A DNA stretch of 64,000 bases, taken from assembly GCA_013239625.1 (NCBI GenBank), contig MU054187.1, positions 870,001 to 934,000 on the forward strand. The letters run 5' to 3'. The notes under the pieces were generated by a model, which worked only from the letters and a program-made list of their open reading frames with translations, searched no databases and was not told the DNA's origin. Both the position numbers and the translations under genes were made by a program. Positions 12,326-24,925 of this stretch are shown one piece after another. Source of the DNA: Lama guanicoe. Taxonomy: Eukaryota. Every line of letters begins with the position of its first letter. The stretch's first letter is position 1.

Positions 12326-12860
12326 AGCTTTCAGTGTTGGTTATTCTCAGCTGATTTTCCCAGGAAATTATTGGCATTCTCAAAATATAGACTCAAGTCT
12401 GCCATTATGTCAAACAATGTTTCATGAATATACTGTTTCAGCTTCTTTCATTCCGTTTCTTACGTTTTCTTTTCTCTGGACTCCAGACTTATGGATGTTG
12501 GAGTCTCTACTTTTCTTCTATAATTATCATTTTTCTTAGAAACAGTTTCTTTATTCTGCTTCATTTTTCTTTCCATCCTTTTTACTTACTGTGACTTCTG
12601 TATGGTCTGTATGATTTTATGTTGTCTCTAATTTAATACTTTAATCTGCAATTTTCTCTAATGTTTCCAACTTTTTACCTGAGCTGTTTTTCTCTTCATA
12701 TCTTTCCATTCATTAATGAATTAATTTCTGAGTCATTTTTGATTTGTTCTTTTCCTGTAACTTCTAAAATATAAACTGCCTTCTAGTAATTGCAAAAATG
12801 AAGTTACACATTTTACTTTTTTTGTGGCTATACTTTGCTGTGTTATCAGGCTATGTTTCG

Positions 12861-12862
<2 letters not shown>

Positions 12863-12892
<30 letters not shown>
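12863..12892. repeat. (GT)15 microsatellite
   Basis: Perfect GT run read directly. Confidence 0.95.
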
Positions 12893-12895
<3 letters not shown>

Positions 12896-13289
12896 CTAAC
12901 AGGAACAATGACAACTTACTGTCTTTACAGAATCCAAGTGAGTCAACCTAAATCCTTTAACACAGTGTTTCCCGAACTGCATTTCACATCCCATTATGGG
13001 TTGTGGAGGTCATCTGGTGATTGCAACAACAGCAACAACACAAAACACAGTACATTTTATAGCATTAAGGTTTGTAATTCTTAATAAAAGAAAAAATACA
13101 CATGTTCTGTTGGGTGGTGATAAGGGTTCACTTAGGATGATGGAATAAAATTAGAAACCAGTACAAAAAGGCAAGGGTTTTGGATTCTAAGAAAGAGCTA
13201 CTCAAGGAACTCATCAGTCTGTTCAGGGGGTTTGCATCTGCAGGACCCCTCAGAGAACACAACTCTTTTCCATGTATTGTCAAGAAATC

Positions 13290-14440
13290 AGAACAAACAG
13301 AGAATTTAAAGTAACAGTATCTCCAATAGCCTCAAAAACGTTTAATGTTTGGACTAAGATTGCTAAGAGAAGGTGAAGGAGACTTACGTAAATGGAGAGA
13401 TGCCCCTTGTACGCAGAGGAAGAGTCAGTGTTGCTGAGATGTCAGCTCTCCCCAAACTGATGCCACCCGATGCCACCCCAGCCACAGTGTCAACAGGCAT
13501 GTTTTCTAGAAGTTGAGAAGCTGATGCTAAAATTCACATGGGATTGCAGAGGGTCTAGACAGACATAACAACTTCACATAAAAAAGAAAAAATGGAGAAA
13601 TTACACTAATTGGAGGATTTCAAGAGTTATTATAAATATGCAATAATTGAGATAGTGTGGTGTGGGATGAAGATAGACTAACAGTTCAACAAACACAGCA
13701 GAGAGTCCAAAAACACACACACAAGTGCTCAGTTAATTCTCGGGAAGGCTGTGAGGAGGTCCGAGTCTAGCGCGGTTCTCTGCCAACATGCGAGGGTCAC
13801 CACCCACGCCTGTCCAAACGCTGTGAGAGCTTTAACTTATACAGTGCTTCATACTCAAAAATTGACTTAAATAACCAGAGCCTGAATGTAAATAAAATCT
13901 ATGAGAAAATCTTTGTGGACCTGACTTAAAGGTTTCTCAGTCACAGCACTGAAATACAACCCATCTAAGGAAAATATGATGAGTTAAACTTTTTCAAAGC
14001 TAAAACTTCCGCTGTTCAGAAAGCGCGTATTAAAAGGAAGAAAAGACAAGCCCCCAGGCTGAGAAAAAGTCTTCAGATTACATATTTGTTAAAGAAATTG
14101 TATTCAGAATTTGTAAAGAGCTCTTAAAATTTAATACTAAGAAAACAAACAACCCAATTTTTAAAAAATGGGCAGAAGATTTGAGAGGGTACTTGATAAA
14201 GATATTTGATTGGTAAGTTAGCATGTGAAGAGGCTCAGTGTTACCAGTCATTAGGGAAATGGGAATCAAACGGCACCGAGACAGCACGGCACAGCGTTTA
14301 GAATGGATGGGAACAAACGTGACTGACACACCAAGTCAAAGGAGGACCAGGAGCGACGGGCGCTCCTGCTGAGAATGAAAACAATACAGTCATTTTGGAA
14401 GGCAGCCCTGCAATTTCTTAAAATGCTCAACATACATCCA
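13290..14440 (+). mobile_element. Ancient L1 ORF2 fragment, resuming at ~14820-14940 after the LTR
   Basis: aaatggagagatgccccttgt...aagctgatgctaaaattcacatgg...aaacaacccaatttttaaaaaatgggcagaagatttg...cagtcattttggaaggcag. Confidence 0.8.
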
Positions 14441-14444
14441 CTGA

Positions 14445-14820
14445 AGTGGACTGGATGCAGCTCCCAAAAGACTCGTCCACGTCTGAACCCCAGTGACCTT
14501 AAGTGCAAACTACATGAGTGAGGGCCTTGAGGAATGGGGCACAGTCTGGGTAACTCGGAGTCGGGGAGTCCTGAATGATGTCAGCATCCTGATAAGAGGG
14601 AAGCAGGGGAGGAGGCTGGGGGACGTGGACTCAGATGCCAGGATGCCGGTGACACCAGGTATGGAGATGCCAGGAAGGGGCCTCCCCAGAGCCTCCCAGA
14701 GGGCAGCTCTGCTGACACCTTGACTGCGGACTTCCAGCCTGAGAACTCTGAGGAAATACAGTTTTGTCTTAAGACACCGACTCCATGCTGATCTGTCACA
14801 GCTGCCCTGGGAAAGCAACC
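14445..14820 (+). mobile_element. MaLR (MLT1-like) solo LTR nested in L1
   Basis: ...gctgacaccttgactgcggacttccagcctgagaactctgaggaaatacagttttgtcttaag...gtcacagctgccctgggaaa matches the MLT1 LTR 3' part. Confidence 0.75.
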
Positions 14821-17649
14821 CGCCCACCGTGTGAGCCGGCCACCCTCTCGCAGCTCTCTTCCCCAGGGAGCTGGGTGCATGTTCACAGAGGGGCTTGTAT
14901 GTAAATGTTCAGAGCAGCTTTGTTTAGAGTAATCGTGACAATGAGGAATCTAAGGGGTGACAAATAAGTCGTCACCTTGATTGTGATGGCGAATTCACCC
15001 TGTTTACTTATGTCAGTGTTGATGAAATTGTCCAGCTCATCACACGTCAAAAATCTTAGAATAAAGCTCTTTACAAATATTTTTAAAGGCCCCAAACGCA
15101 ACACATGGGTTTTGTGAATAAATTGCAGATAAAGATGGCGGGGGGGGGATAGTAATGGGGGATGGGTCCTGGATGGGACAGTAATAGATGATACAAAATT
15201 GCATGTTTTGTTAACAGATTAGTCCATTGACTTCTTTGGAGATATTTGTCCCAGTTTGGGTGCAGGAATCTCTGATCCCCTCCAGCTAAGCCATTACACT
15301 TTCATTCCCGTGTAGCTTATCTCTAATTTCTATTGTAGGAAATAAAGAAGGAACAGACCACTGGGTTTCAGCTTCAAGGGCAGGGACGCTGATAAACGTG
15401 TCATGCGAAATGCTTCAGGGATCTTTGTGCTGTTGCCAGTGTCTCCCTCGTCCCCTAAATGATGGCTGTAGACAGTATTTATGGTGGAAAAGAAAAGATA
15501 CCTCAGTTTGATATACTTTTTCAAATAACTAAACACCCTGATATTAATCAGTATGTAGACGAATGAAATATTCATAAACATGTAAAACTAATCTATCTCA
15601 TAGTGTGTGTAACCAAAAAAAAAGACAAAATTAAACAGAAAAGCAACTTTTGCATGACTAACCACCAAGAATTATCCTTGCTTACATAAAGTGGTATATA
15701 TATATATATATACACACATATATTATGATTACACAAAATCCTGTTTACTTTCCTGTTTTATAAACTCATCTTACTAAAACTCTCTGCAATTGGAATTAGA
15801 TGTTTTGAAAAGATTAAGAGGTTGATATTTGCAAATCTCCTTGATAGCATAAAATGTCATATAAATGCTAATTTCTTCGGGTATTTACTAATTCTAAAGC
15901 AAATCTCAATAACCCCTTGCATTTTAAAAAAGCTTCTTAACACGGAAATTCAATGCACATTTCAACAATAATTGAATCTAAAAATGTGCCTAAGAGTAGA
16001 AAATGAGGGTGTTAAACCAGCTTTTCCAGCGTCTGAAACCCTCAGTGTGGGTTCACAACGCAGTGTTGGTAATTATTAATTCCTGTAACTTACAAATGCA
16101 TCATTCGCTATGTTGGAAAAGGAGCCTGCTTGCCTGTGCAGAACTAGGCTTTTCAGGATCTTAGTTTATTATTTATCCTGTAATACTTATTTTAGTGGGT
16201 AGGCAGAAATTAGGACTTCGTTGATTCCAAGCCATTCCATTGGCATTATTTTTACAGAATTTCTTGTTTTGGGTGATTTTTAACTGTTGAATTCATTACT
16301 TAAAAAAGGAAATGGACATACTTTGCCACGTGCATGCATTACACTGTGTGTGTTACATAGCATTCAAAAGGCTCAATGTGCCGAAATAAGCCCCTTTCTG
16401 CTCCCCGTCCCCGAGTCACTGGCTCCTGCCTCCCGAGATCCCCCATGCGTGGTCGTGTGGTCGTTGGCTGAAACCTTCGTTCTCCACTGTGCGTGTCCCT
16501 GTCAGTGTGTCTTGTGTAGCTTTCCTTATTCCTGTGCACAGAACTGCCTCATTCCTGTTACGTGGCATCATATGGAGAGTAACATAATTCATGTAATTAG
16601 TTCCTGATCCGTGGGCATTCATGTTGCTTCAAATAATCTCCCGCACAAGCATGTTGCCAAGAATATCCCCAGGTGTAGGTGCGTTTTCTGCATCTTCCAG
16701 TGTTTCTATAAATACCTAGGAGCAGTGCGTGCTTCTCTGTCTTGGATTATGATGGCTCTGACTTCCCCTGAGAGAGCAGGGAGGACAAAGGGGTGACGTG
16801 AGAGGCACACGGGAGAACTGGAGATGTTTTCAACTGGTGACTGTCTCCTTGTCCTGAAAGAAAAGGCATCCTGGTGCCCCGGGCAGAGGACCGACAGAAG
16901 TGCCTGTGGGGCGTGTGGGGTCCTAGTCTCCCTTCCCAGCAGGGCCCAGGGCCCCTGTGCCTCCTCCACACCTGCTGGAAACCTAACCTGGGTCTGTGAG
17001 TCCCCAAGAGTAGCGCTGGGCATCGCTGGCCTTCGGAGGAGCTGGGAAAACAGCCTGAGACTTACTGACCTGCCCAGGGCTGGACTGGCCCCCGGGTGCC
17101 CAAGAAGGACTCAGCTGGATGGATCCAAGACAGATTCTCAGGAAAGGACTGACAAGTGACCATCTGAGGAGGACACGGGGAGTCTGAGGAGTGTTTTGTC
17201 GGCTGTGGAGGGTCACATTATCTGGAGTCTCTGTTGGGCTGGCCCGATGGACACGGTCTGGCTCACCGTGCTCACTGCCCGAGTTAAGAGCTCACAGGCA
17301 ACGCGCTGACTGCAGAGCAAGTAGCAACACCTTGTCGGATGCTCTGGTCTCAGGGCCCCTGCAGGACGGAACTGCTCACGTCCTGGCTGTTGGGAGGAGT
17401 GGAGGCCGCTGCTTTTCATGGAGACCCTCAGAGGAGCCAGCTCTTGGCCACAGGGAGTCACCTCGGCCAGGGTGATGGCCTTCCCCACGGGCAGCCCCGG
17501 CCCCTCCAGGGGGGCTGTGTCCGCCCTCCCTGCCCTGCGAGCTAAGCCCTGCTCCTAGGAGAGCGGCTGTGGTCAGGGAGGAGACCGCGGCATCCCGCAA
17601 CGGGGAGCACCCGCCCAGCTGAAACCTGCACATCAGAGGCACGCACAAG

Positions 17650-17910
17650 GGGGCTCACCCTCAAAAGGGAGAAGAGTGGGTGGGACGGGCTAAGCTGGGA
17701 GCTCGGGACTTGCAGATTCTGACTATTATGTATAAACAGACAAACAGCAAGGACCTGCTGCGCAGCACAGGGAGCTGCATTCAGCAGCGTGTAATGGCCT
17801 ACAGTGAAGAAGAGTACGAAGAGGAATCCGTTATGCTCATGTGTGACTGAGACGTTGTGCTGCACACCAGGGCTGACACGTTGTGACTGATTGTACTTCA
17901 GTTAAAAAAA
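17650..17910 (+). mobile_element. L1 3' end, strongly GC-shifted
   Basis: aaacagcaaggacctgctgcgcagcacagggagctgcattcag...gtacttcagttaaaaaaa. Confidence 0.8.
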
Positions 17911-18999
17911 GTAAAGAAATCAAGGAAGAAACAGAGAAGTACCACTTTGTACGTAAGTTTCATGCCGATTCTTAAAACATGTTTAAGTACGTAAGGTTTC
18001 GTCTCCTTGAAAACTTGTAATGTTCCTTTAGAGTAGGATTGATGCTGCCTCGTCAAAATTGTGGATTATGATAGAGAAATGGGGGCCACTGTCAACAGTG
18101 CAGTTTAGAGGTGATGTGGAGAGCGTCAGTGTGAAAGGAAACTGTTTCCCAGAGGAGAACCGGGGGTCCCTGCCTACTCCCACAAAGGCACGGTCTGGCC
18201 GTGGTTATTGAGGACGAGGGAGCGATCGCCAGGCAGTGAACCTCCCCACCGCCCACACTGCCCCCTCCGGGCTTATCTGTGGGTCCTCAGACGTGGAGAA
18301 GCCATTGGTGCAGGGAATGAAAAGAAATACACCGGTGAGTTCCGACCCTTTGGGGCCTGGTGGAAAGTGGAACTTGTGGTTCAAAGGGGGAAAAAGCAAC
18401 TGAGATTGTTCCCAGTTCAAAATCATCACACCTGTCTTCCCACTGGTCTGTCCCACTGGTCACAATGGGGACAAGGTGGGGCAGGGAGGGACGGAGAAGC
18501 AAACAGGCAGAGCAGGTGTGGGGCCCTGGGCTGCATGTGTTTAGAAGCAGAGCAGGGAATTCAAGCATTATTTTTCCTTGTCCCCCCACCAAACTCAACC
18601 AATCTGCTTCCTGAAGCATCTGCTCAATTTCAAAGTCGTGACTCAGCCACCAAAGGAAAGGAACCCAAGGAGGCTTTACATCAAGTTTATTGCCTCAACC
18701 TTAATTTTACACTTTAGTAACCTTATCTTTTACTTGCAGAGGCAAATGTCTCATTGATTCTCTTGAGCGACTTTACACCTTCAGTTTCCTCCGCTCGTAT
18801 CTGCGGATGAGATCTGAGTGTTGTCATTATGACTCAGGTCGCTTGCGACAGGATGGAACAATGTGAGGCTCAGTCGTGATTCACAGGAAGTAAATTACGG
18901 TCATCGCTTCCTCCGTGAGTCGCTGGGAATGTCCATAACGAAGTTCCAGGCATGAGGAGCAATGTCGTTGTCCAGTGCAACTAAGTCTACAGAGAGCAA

Positions 19000-20340
19000 G
19001 TTCTGTCCTGACCGGCTGCTGGGAACGCCTCTGGGGAGTCTCCCCTGCGGTCTCGGGGCACCTCTGCCCCGTAAAGGACGTGCATCGCAGGGTGAAGTTC
19101 ACCAGGGTCCACAGCTGCGGTGACGTGCGACCCACGGCCACTGCCCTTCCCCGGCACTTCTCTCGGGCCGCGACAGCGGCCACTTTCCCGCCTGCACCTA
19201 ATTTCCTTTGTTCCTGGGAAACGCTTCTCTCACCTTGCTGCATGTGTGTCCTCTTGTCAGTTCAGACGTTATTCTGTTCTCAGAGCTGTCCAGAGCACCC
19301 AACATGCCCAGTTTGCAGCCCACTTAAAATGACCTCCCGCACCAGCACGGCCTTCCCGGTCGCCTGGCTGGGCCTCGCTCCCCCGCGAGAGCACGGGCGC
19401 CGCCGCCGCGCCAGCACCGGCGTCCTGCGCTGCGGCGAGGCGGCGCTGCGTCTGCGGGGCGCTGGGCTGTTGGCGCTGACGCACCTTCCCGGGCCCGATC
19501 CTCACGCTGGAATCCAGCACAGCAGCGGGCGCGCTCTTTGCCCCTCCTGATTTTCACCCGTCTCGCTGGGAGGGCTGCCCAGTCGCTGCCAGAGACCATG
19601 TCTTTCTTGCAGCGTGTTCCCAAAACTGGCTCTGGGCCCCGCCGCCGCGCTCCCGGGCTCCGGGGCAGCGCGCGGTGCCCGGGGAGGCCGCGCGGGGGGA
19701 GCCCTGCCCGGCCGNNNNNNNNNNNNNNNNNNNNNNNNNNNNNNNNNNNNNNNNNNNNNNNNNNNNNNNNNNNNNNNNNNNNNCCGCCCGGACGCGAGGT
19801 CCACGCGCCCGCCGGGCTGGACGCGGCGGCGCTGCGGGCGCACGGGAAGGCCTGTCCCCTGCCGGCGCCGAGGCGGTGCTGGGCGTGCGGCCCAGAAATC
19901 CGAGGGAGAGAGCAGGTCGCCCGTGGAGGCTGCGCCCGGAGCGTCACCATCCCCGAGGCCCGCGGCCGGCGGAGCTCGGGGCTGAGCGCAAGCCCGGGGG
20001 GCGGCCCGGGGGCGGCCGGCGGACCCAGGCCGGCGCCTCCCAGCTTAGCTTGCGGGCCCGCAGCGTGAGTTCAGCCGCCCCCACTGCCGTGCGGGCGTTT
20101 CAGGGACGTGTCTTGCAGCCACCTGGGCGGTCAGGGTCTCCAAGGGCCTGCTTCAAAGCGCTCGGTCTCCCGGCCAGCGTGACAGCCGGCTGAGCGGCGG
20201 GACCGCCGGGGTCCCCACGAGCCCCCAAGTGTCCCCACGTGTCCCCACGTGTCCGCCCTGCCGCCAGGAAGGGGAGAAGGCGGCCAGGCCACGCCCACCG
20301 ACCCTGCGAGGCGTCCTTCCGAGAAATCCCAGCTTTCATT
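19000..20340. promoter_or_regulatory. Major CpG island, probably a bidirectional promoter
   Basis: Very high GC and CpG. Minus-strand donor AAG|GTGCGT (exon end 19485) and plus-strand donor AGC|GTGAGT (GT at 20065). Also GC/KLF boxes, E2F-like TTTCCCGC (19184), two CACGTG (20236, 20246) and TTCCGAGAA (20317). Confidence 0.8.
19715..19783. other. Assembly gap (69 N) in the core of the CpG island
   Basis: Run of n characters. Confidence 1.
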
Positions 20341-22579
20341 CAAGAAGTAGACCTTCTCCTCTGAACTCACCAGTAATTCTCTCTTTGCAAATTATGCAAA
20401 ACAAAACTATATTGTGTGAAGCAAAGACTAACAAAAATAACTCTTCATAAGCTCAACCGCGTACCACTTGTCTTTTTGGTGAAGGGCGGGCTGTGGGACC
20501 AGGCCAGCAAGAAAGCTTGTGCTGAGCAATGAAACAGGTGCCTCTTCACAGGACCGTGTTCCAGCAACTCAAACACAGCTAGAAAACCTCCAGACTTTGA
20601 AAATTACAGTAACTTTAAACGTTTATTGTACATTAGAAGGCAGTGACCGCTTTTGCGATAAGCACCCTATCTGGTTTCTTTCTTTCTCTTTGAAGCAGTT
20701 TGGCCACTGTAAGAAGCCGATCTTAGACTCAAAGCTCTGCTCTTGCTCTGCTGTCGTTTCGTGTTCGCGAACCCCGTCTCCCGTGTCGTCTAGTTCACAG
20801 GTCAGGAGAGGACAGCCGGGTTGGACTTCCCCTCTCCGCCTCCTGACCTTGGGGCCTTCGCGCAGTCAACGTGAACCGTGAGACTGTCAGAAAGCCTGCA
20901 AGGCTTGCTCAGAATTACACCACACTCACTGGAACGGTAGCACTGAAACACCATCTCATTAAGAAACATTACTTCCAGAAAACACAGACAGGAAAGGAAG
21001 AGAGGTCGTGGGGCAATAACGCTAACTATTTGGTCGGAGACATTCTTCATGTGAAAATACAGATGAAATACAGTATATTCTTTCAAAATGTGAGGCCAGT
21101 GTATGAGATGAATTAAAAACATGATTTTAAGGAGGATTGTTACATAAACCATTGAAGGACCATCACTTCTTTCTCCAATATAGGCATCTAAGGGGCTACA
21201 ATAAACATGGTATGTTTTTACTGAGGAAATGAAGCCACAGTTACAAAAGGTGCAGACATGTAATTAAGTCAAGTCCCACAGTCATGCATGGCGCCCCCGA
21301 GGAAAGACCCTGGTGACGTCCCCCAGGGTCCTGCCCCGCTCCACCTGCCCCAGGTGTGGGGCCGAGCAGCTCCCCCCCAACCTCAGCCCCACCCTGACAG
21401 CCCTGGTTCCTCCTCGCCCAGGGCGAGCTCCCAGGTCCAGGTAAGGTAACACGGGCACGGGCCTGAGAAGAGTCCCGGCCCAGAGGGCTCGGGGTGCTGG
21501 TTTTCTGGTTTTTGTCATTATTCTCGAAGTGGAATGACGAGCGCAGGGCCTTCAATTTTTACCGGAAAACTGGGATCCAGAAAACGTTGATGAGCATCAG
21601 CAGTAAAGGCGCCAGGAGCGGAAGTAGGCAGAGGGGCTGCTCTTGCAGGGCACAGCTCGCCCAGGAGCCCCTTTCCACCGGAAACTTTATGACGCTGTGA
21701 GATGTGCTTTCCAGGCGATTTCGCGGACCCCTTACCTTCTGTCTCGGACAGGCTGACTTAATGGACGACCCCCACGTTTGAGAAGCTGGCCTCACACCTA
21801 GGGCTTCTGGAGAAGCACTGGCAGCAGTTTGGACTAAATGAAAACTGTGCAATTAAGATACGTTTTGAATAAAACTTAAAAACCACTAAGGGAAAATTGG
21901 GAAAGCTGTTTTGAAAGAAAGAGCTCCAGAGTAAGAATAGTGAACTTGAGTGTTTGGTCTGGCACCAGCTGGTGGGGTCAGTGCCGGGGTCGCACCTGAG
22001 GCCTGCTCCAGATAGAACAGGAAACTGCCCGAGAGAAACACCCCCTTTCCTGGCAGGACGCTGGCCGTCCTGGGCCTGGGAGCAGTGCTCTGAGCAGGGT
22101 AGCGACAGCAAATGCCTTTGTCGGAAAGCTCTTCCAGTGCGTAGCAAACGCTCCTGTGAGAGAATCCCGAGACCGCTTTGCAGGCTTGTGTGTGGAAAAG
22201 GAAATAGAAACTTGCTTCCCTTAGCCTGCAAGCTAATGAATCCGGGTCTAGGAGCCTGCACGCACGAGCTCTGTACACGAGAGAGGATCAAACGGTGCGC
22301 ATAATGATCAGTGGACGCAATGCTAATGCTCTCCGGTATCACCAGGGTAAATAGTTAAAGGCAGGTGTAATATCTGATGGTTTAGCAGTGGCAGGCTCAT
22401 TACTTTTCTGCAGGTAATTTATATCCTGGTTAAATAGAAAAAAAGCTATCATTGTCTTTGATGAAAAATCTCCCAAAGTCAATATTATACCCTTTGCAAA
22501 ATTAAATAAAAAGATTTGAATATGCCAAGTTCGCAAATGGAACAGAATATTACTACTCACATAAAGCATAGCTGTAAAT

Positions 22580-22980
22580 GTCTTTTTTACTTGACGTCTA
22601 GTAAGTCTACGACGTTGGGTCAGTTTCTGGTGTACAGGTCATCATAGTCCAGTCATACGTATACATACGTACATTCCTTTTCATAGTTTTTCCTTATAGG
22701 TGACTACAAGTTATTGAAAAGAGTTCCCTGTGCTCTGCAGTATAAACTTGCTGTTTATCTAGTTTACACATAGTGGTCAGTATCTGCAAATCTCAAACTC
22801 CCAGTTTATCCCTTCCCACCACCCCCACCCCGGTTAACCTTAAGTGTGCTTTCTACATCTGTGAGCCTGGTTCTGTTTTGTAAATAAGTTCATTTGTTTT
22901 CGTTCAGATTCCACATGTAAGTGTTATCATGCAGCCTTTTCTTTTCTTTTTCTGGCTACCTCACTTAGAATGACGATCTT
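22580..22980 (-). mobile_element. Truncated L1 3' end
   Basis: cagtttctggtgtacag...agttccctgtgctctgcagta...cagattccacatgtaagtg...cacttagaatgacgatct. Confidence 0.85.
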
Positions 22981-24615
22981 TTAAACTAATGAATAGACAC
23001 AAACATGCTTTTATCTGTCATGCCTTGTGCTGTCACTGACCCCTCATTTCGAGAGCCTGGTTCTCCTGGAGATGCTGGCCTCTTTCAGCACAGACGTTAT
23101 CCTCCTGAGACGTGGGCGGTGTCTGTGCAAGACGAAGAGGTAAAGTCTGCCGCCTTGATTCAAATTAAAATCCAGCCAACAAACAGCATTTAACTGCCTG
23201 GTAGTGTCACAAGTAAGATAGTCAGTTCTCTGTGGGTCTGAAGGTCGCTGTGCTGTGAGTTGTCGTGATTCATGTTTCACTTGATGAGGCAAGAATGCTT
23301 CAGTGCAACTGCATGGACTGAACGCAGCGTGAAATGTAAGTGGGTCTCACTTACACACACGTGTGAACACACACAGGAGAATCAAACCACCAGGAACCTT
23401 CAATCCTTTTGAAAAGGCAAAATATACATATTTTGCAAGTATTGAAAGCATCGAATAATCATCTTGATACTGTTATTTCTATATGATTTCATACAGGTTT
23501 GATCTTCAAACAAAATAGTAAAAATCTAGCACCAAAGCTTTATGGAAGAATGAAAAACATCATTTCATTGAAAATACAGGAGCAGATTTGTAAAATGAAT
23601 GTGTCCTCTTTTTTATTTACTTATATTTTTATTTTAATCTCTGCAGAGTAACCAGAAACCTCCTCATTGTGAGTAATATCAGGAAACTTAGGTTTAGTCA
23701 TAATTCATTGTGGTTCTTCTTTTTAAAGTTATTAATTTTGGAAAGATGTATTCCAGCCCTGGCTGTGTAGTGAAAATCTGTATCTCACCTTCTAATGCAC
23801 TGTTTTGGTGTTCTGGCACGTCTGGGTCGCAAGGCTCTTCTCCTCCTTCTGCTCCAGGTTGTCACCCTCCCTCCCAGTCCCTGGACTTGGGTGTGGGTCC
23901 ACCTGCAGGGCCGGAAACACACCCGTGCAGGGCTGGAGGCGCGTGTGCGACTGGGTTTCCGTTGCGCCCTGATGCTGGCCCTCGCTACCCTGCGTTTTGA
24001 GAAAGTCCCTTAGCATCTGTAAATTTTAGTTATTTTTATCTGTGATCCTGAAATGACCCCACCTGCTCTCCTCCCAGGGGTGTGACCACCACAGCATGGA
24101 AACCCGTGTCACTGTGATTAGTCTGTCCTTCTCAGTAGATGTGTGCCCCAAACGTGCACAATATGGGGCCCATAGACGTTAACGTATTAAAACTTGAGTC
24201 ACGTGGGAGAGTGGACTAAAGTGCTTTTGGATGATGTAAGGTCTTCAGTGTACTTTAGAGCAAGAACGCCCGCCAGGTGTCTAAAGTGGAACAGAAGGAT
24301 TTTCTCAGCGGCGATTTGAATTGTGTGCATGCATGCGTGTGTATGTGTGAGAGAGACAGACATCCTATCTCTGTATTGTTTTTATTTTCAAGACTCCAGG
24401 CAGACACAGGGGAGTTTTTTTGCTGTAAAGGATAACAGAAGTCACTGAATGAAACAAGAAGAAGAGCTGGCGCAGAACCTTGAGACGCGTGGAGAGTCAA
24501 GGGACAGGTGATGAGGGAATACACGAGGGAAGGTAAAATATGATGGAATAAGAAGCAGCAAACAATTCAAGTTTTGCATAAAAAGATTGGTCTGCAGTGT
24601 GAATGTCACTGGAGT

Positions 24616-24925
24616 TGTATCACTGAGGATTGGCCAGGTTATGCTGCAGTGACAAACAGCCCCAAAGCTAGTGGTGGAAGCAGCAGGTGCCTTATTCTCC
24701 TCCCCGCACATGGTCAGCAGCCCCTTGGTGGACCGGGCTGTGGGCACTGACCTCCTGCATGTTAACTGTCCCCTCGCTGGAGAGATGCAAAGGCTCTCAG
24801 GCTTGTGCACCAGGAGGGTGTGTCTGGCCCAGAAACACGGCGTCCCTTTAGCACATGACTCATTGGCCGTAACAAGTCACAAAACTGCAGAACTGTTGCA
24901 GATATGGAGGAAGACGTGTCCTTAA
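24616..24925. mobile_element. Old MaLR (MLT1J/K-like) LTR remnant
   Basis: tgtatcactgaggattggccaggttatgctgcagtgacaaacagcccc...cattggccgtaacaagtcaca. Confidence 0.55.

Noticed and set aside
19324..20193. Long overlapping ORFs across the CpG island
   Set aside because: Stop codons are scarce in very GC-rich DNA, the products are low-complexity R/G/P/A, and the frames span an N gap.
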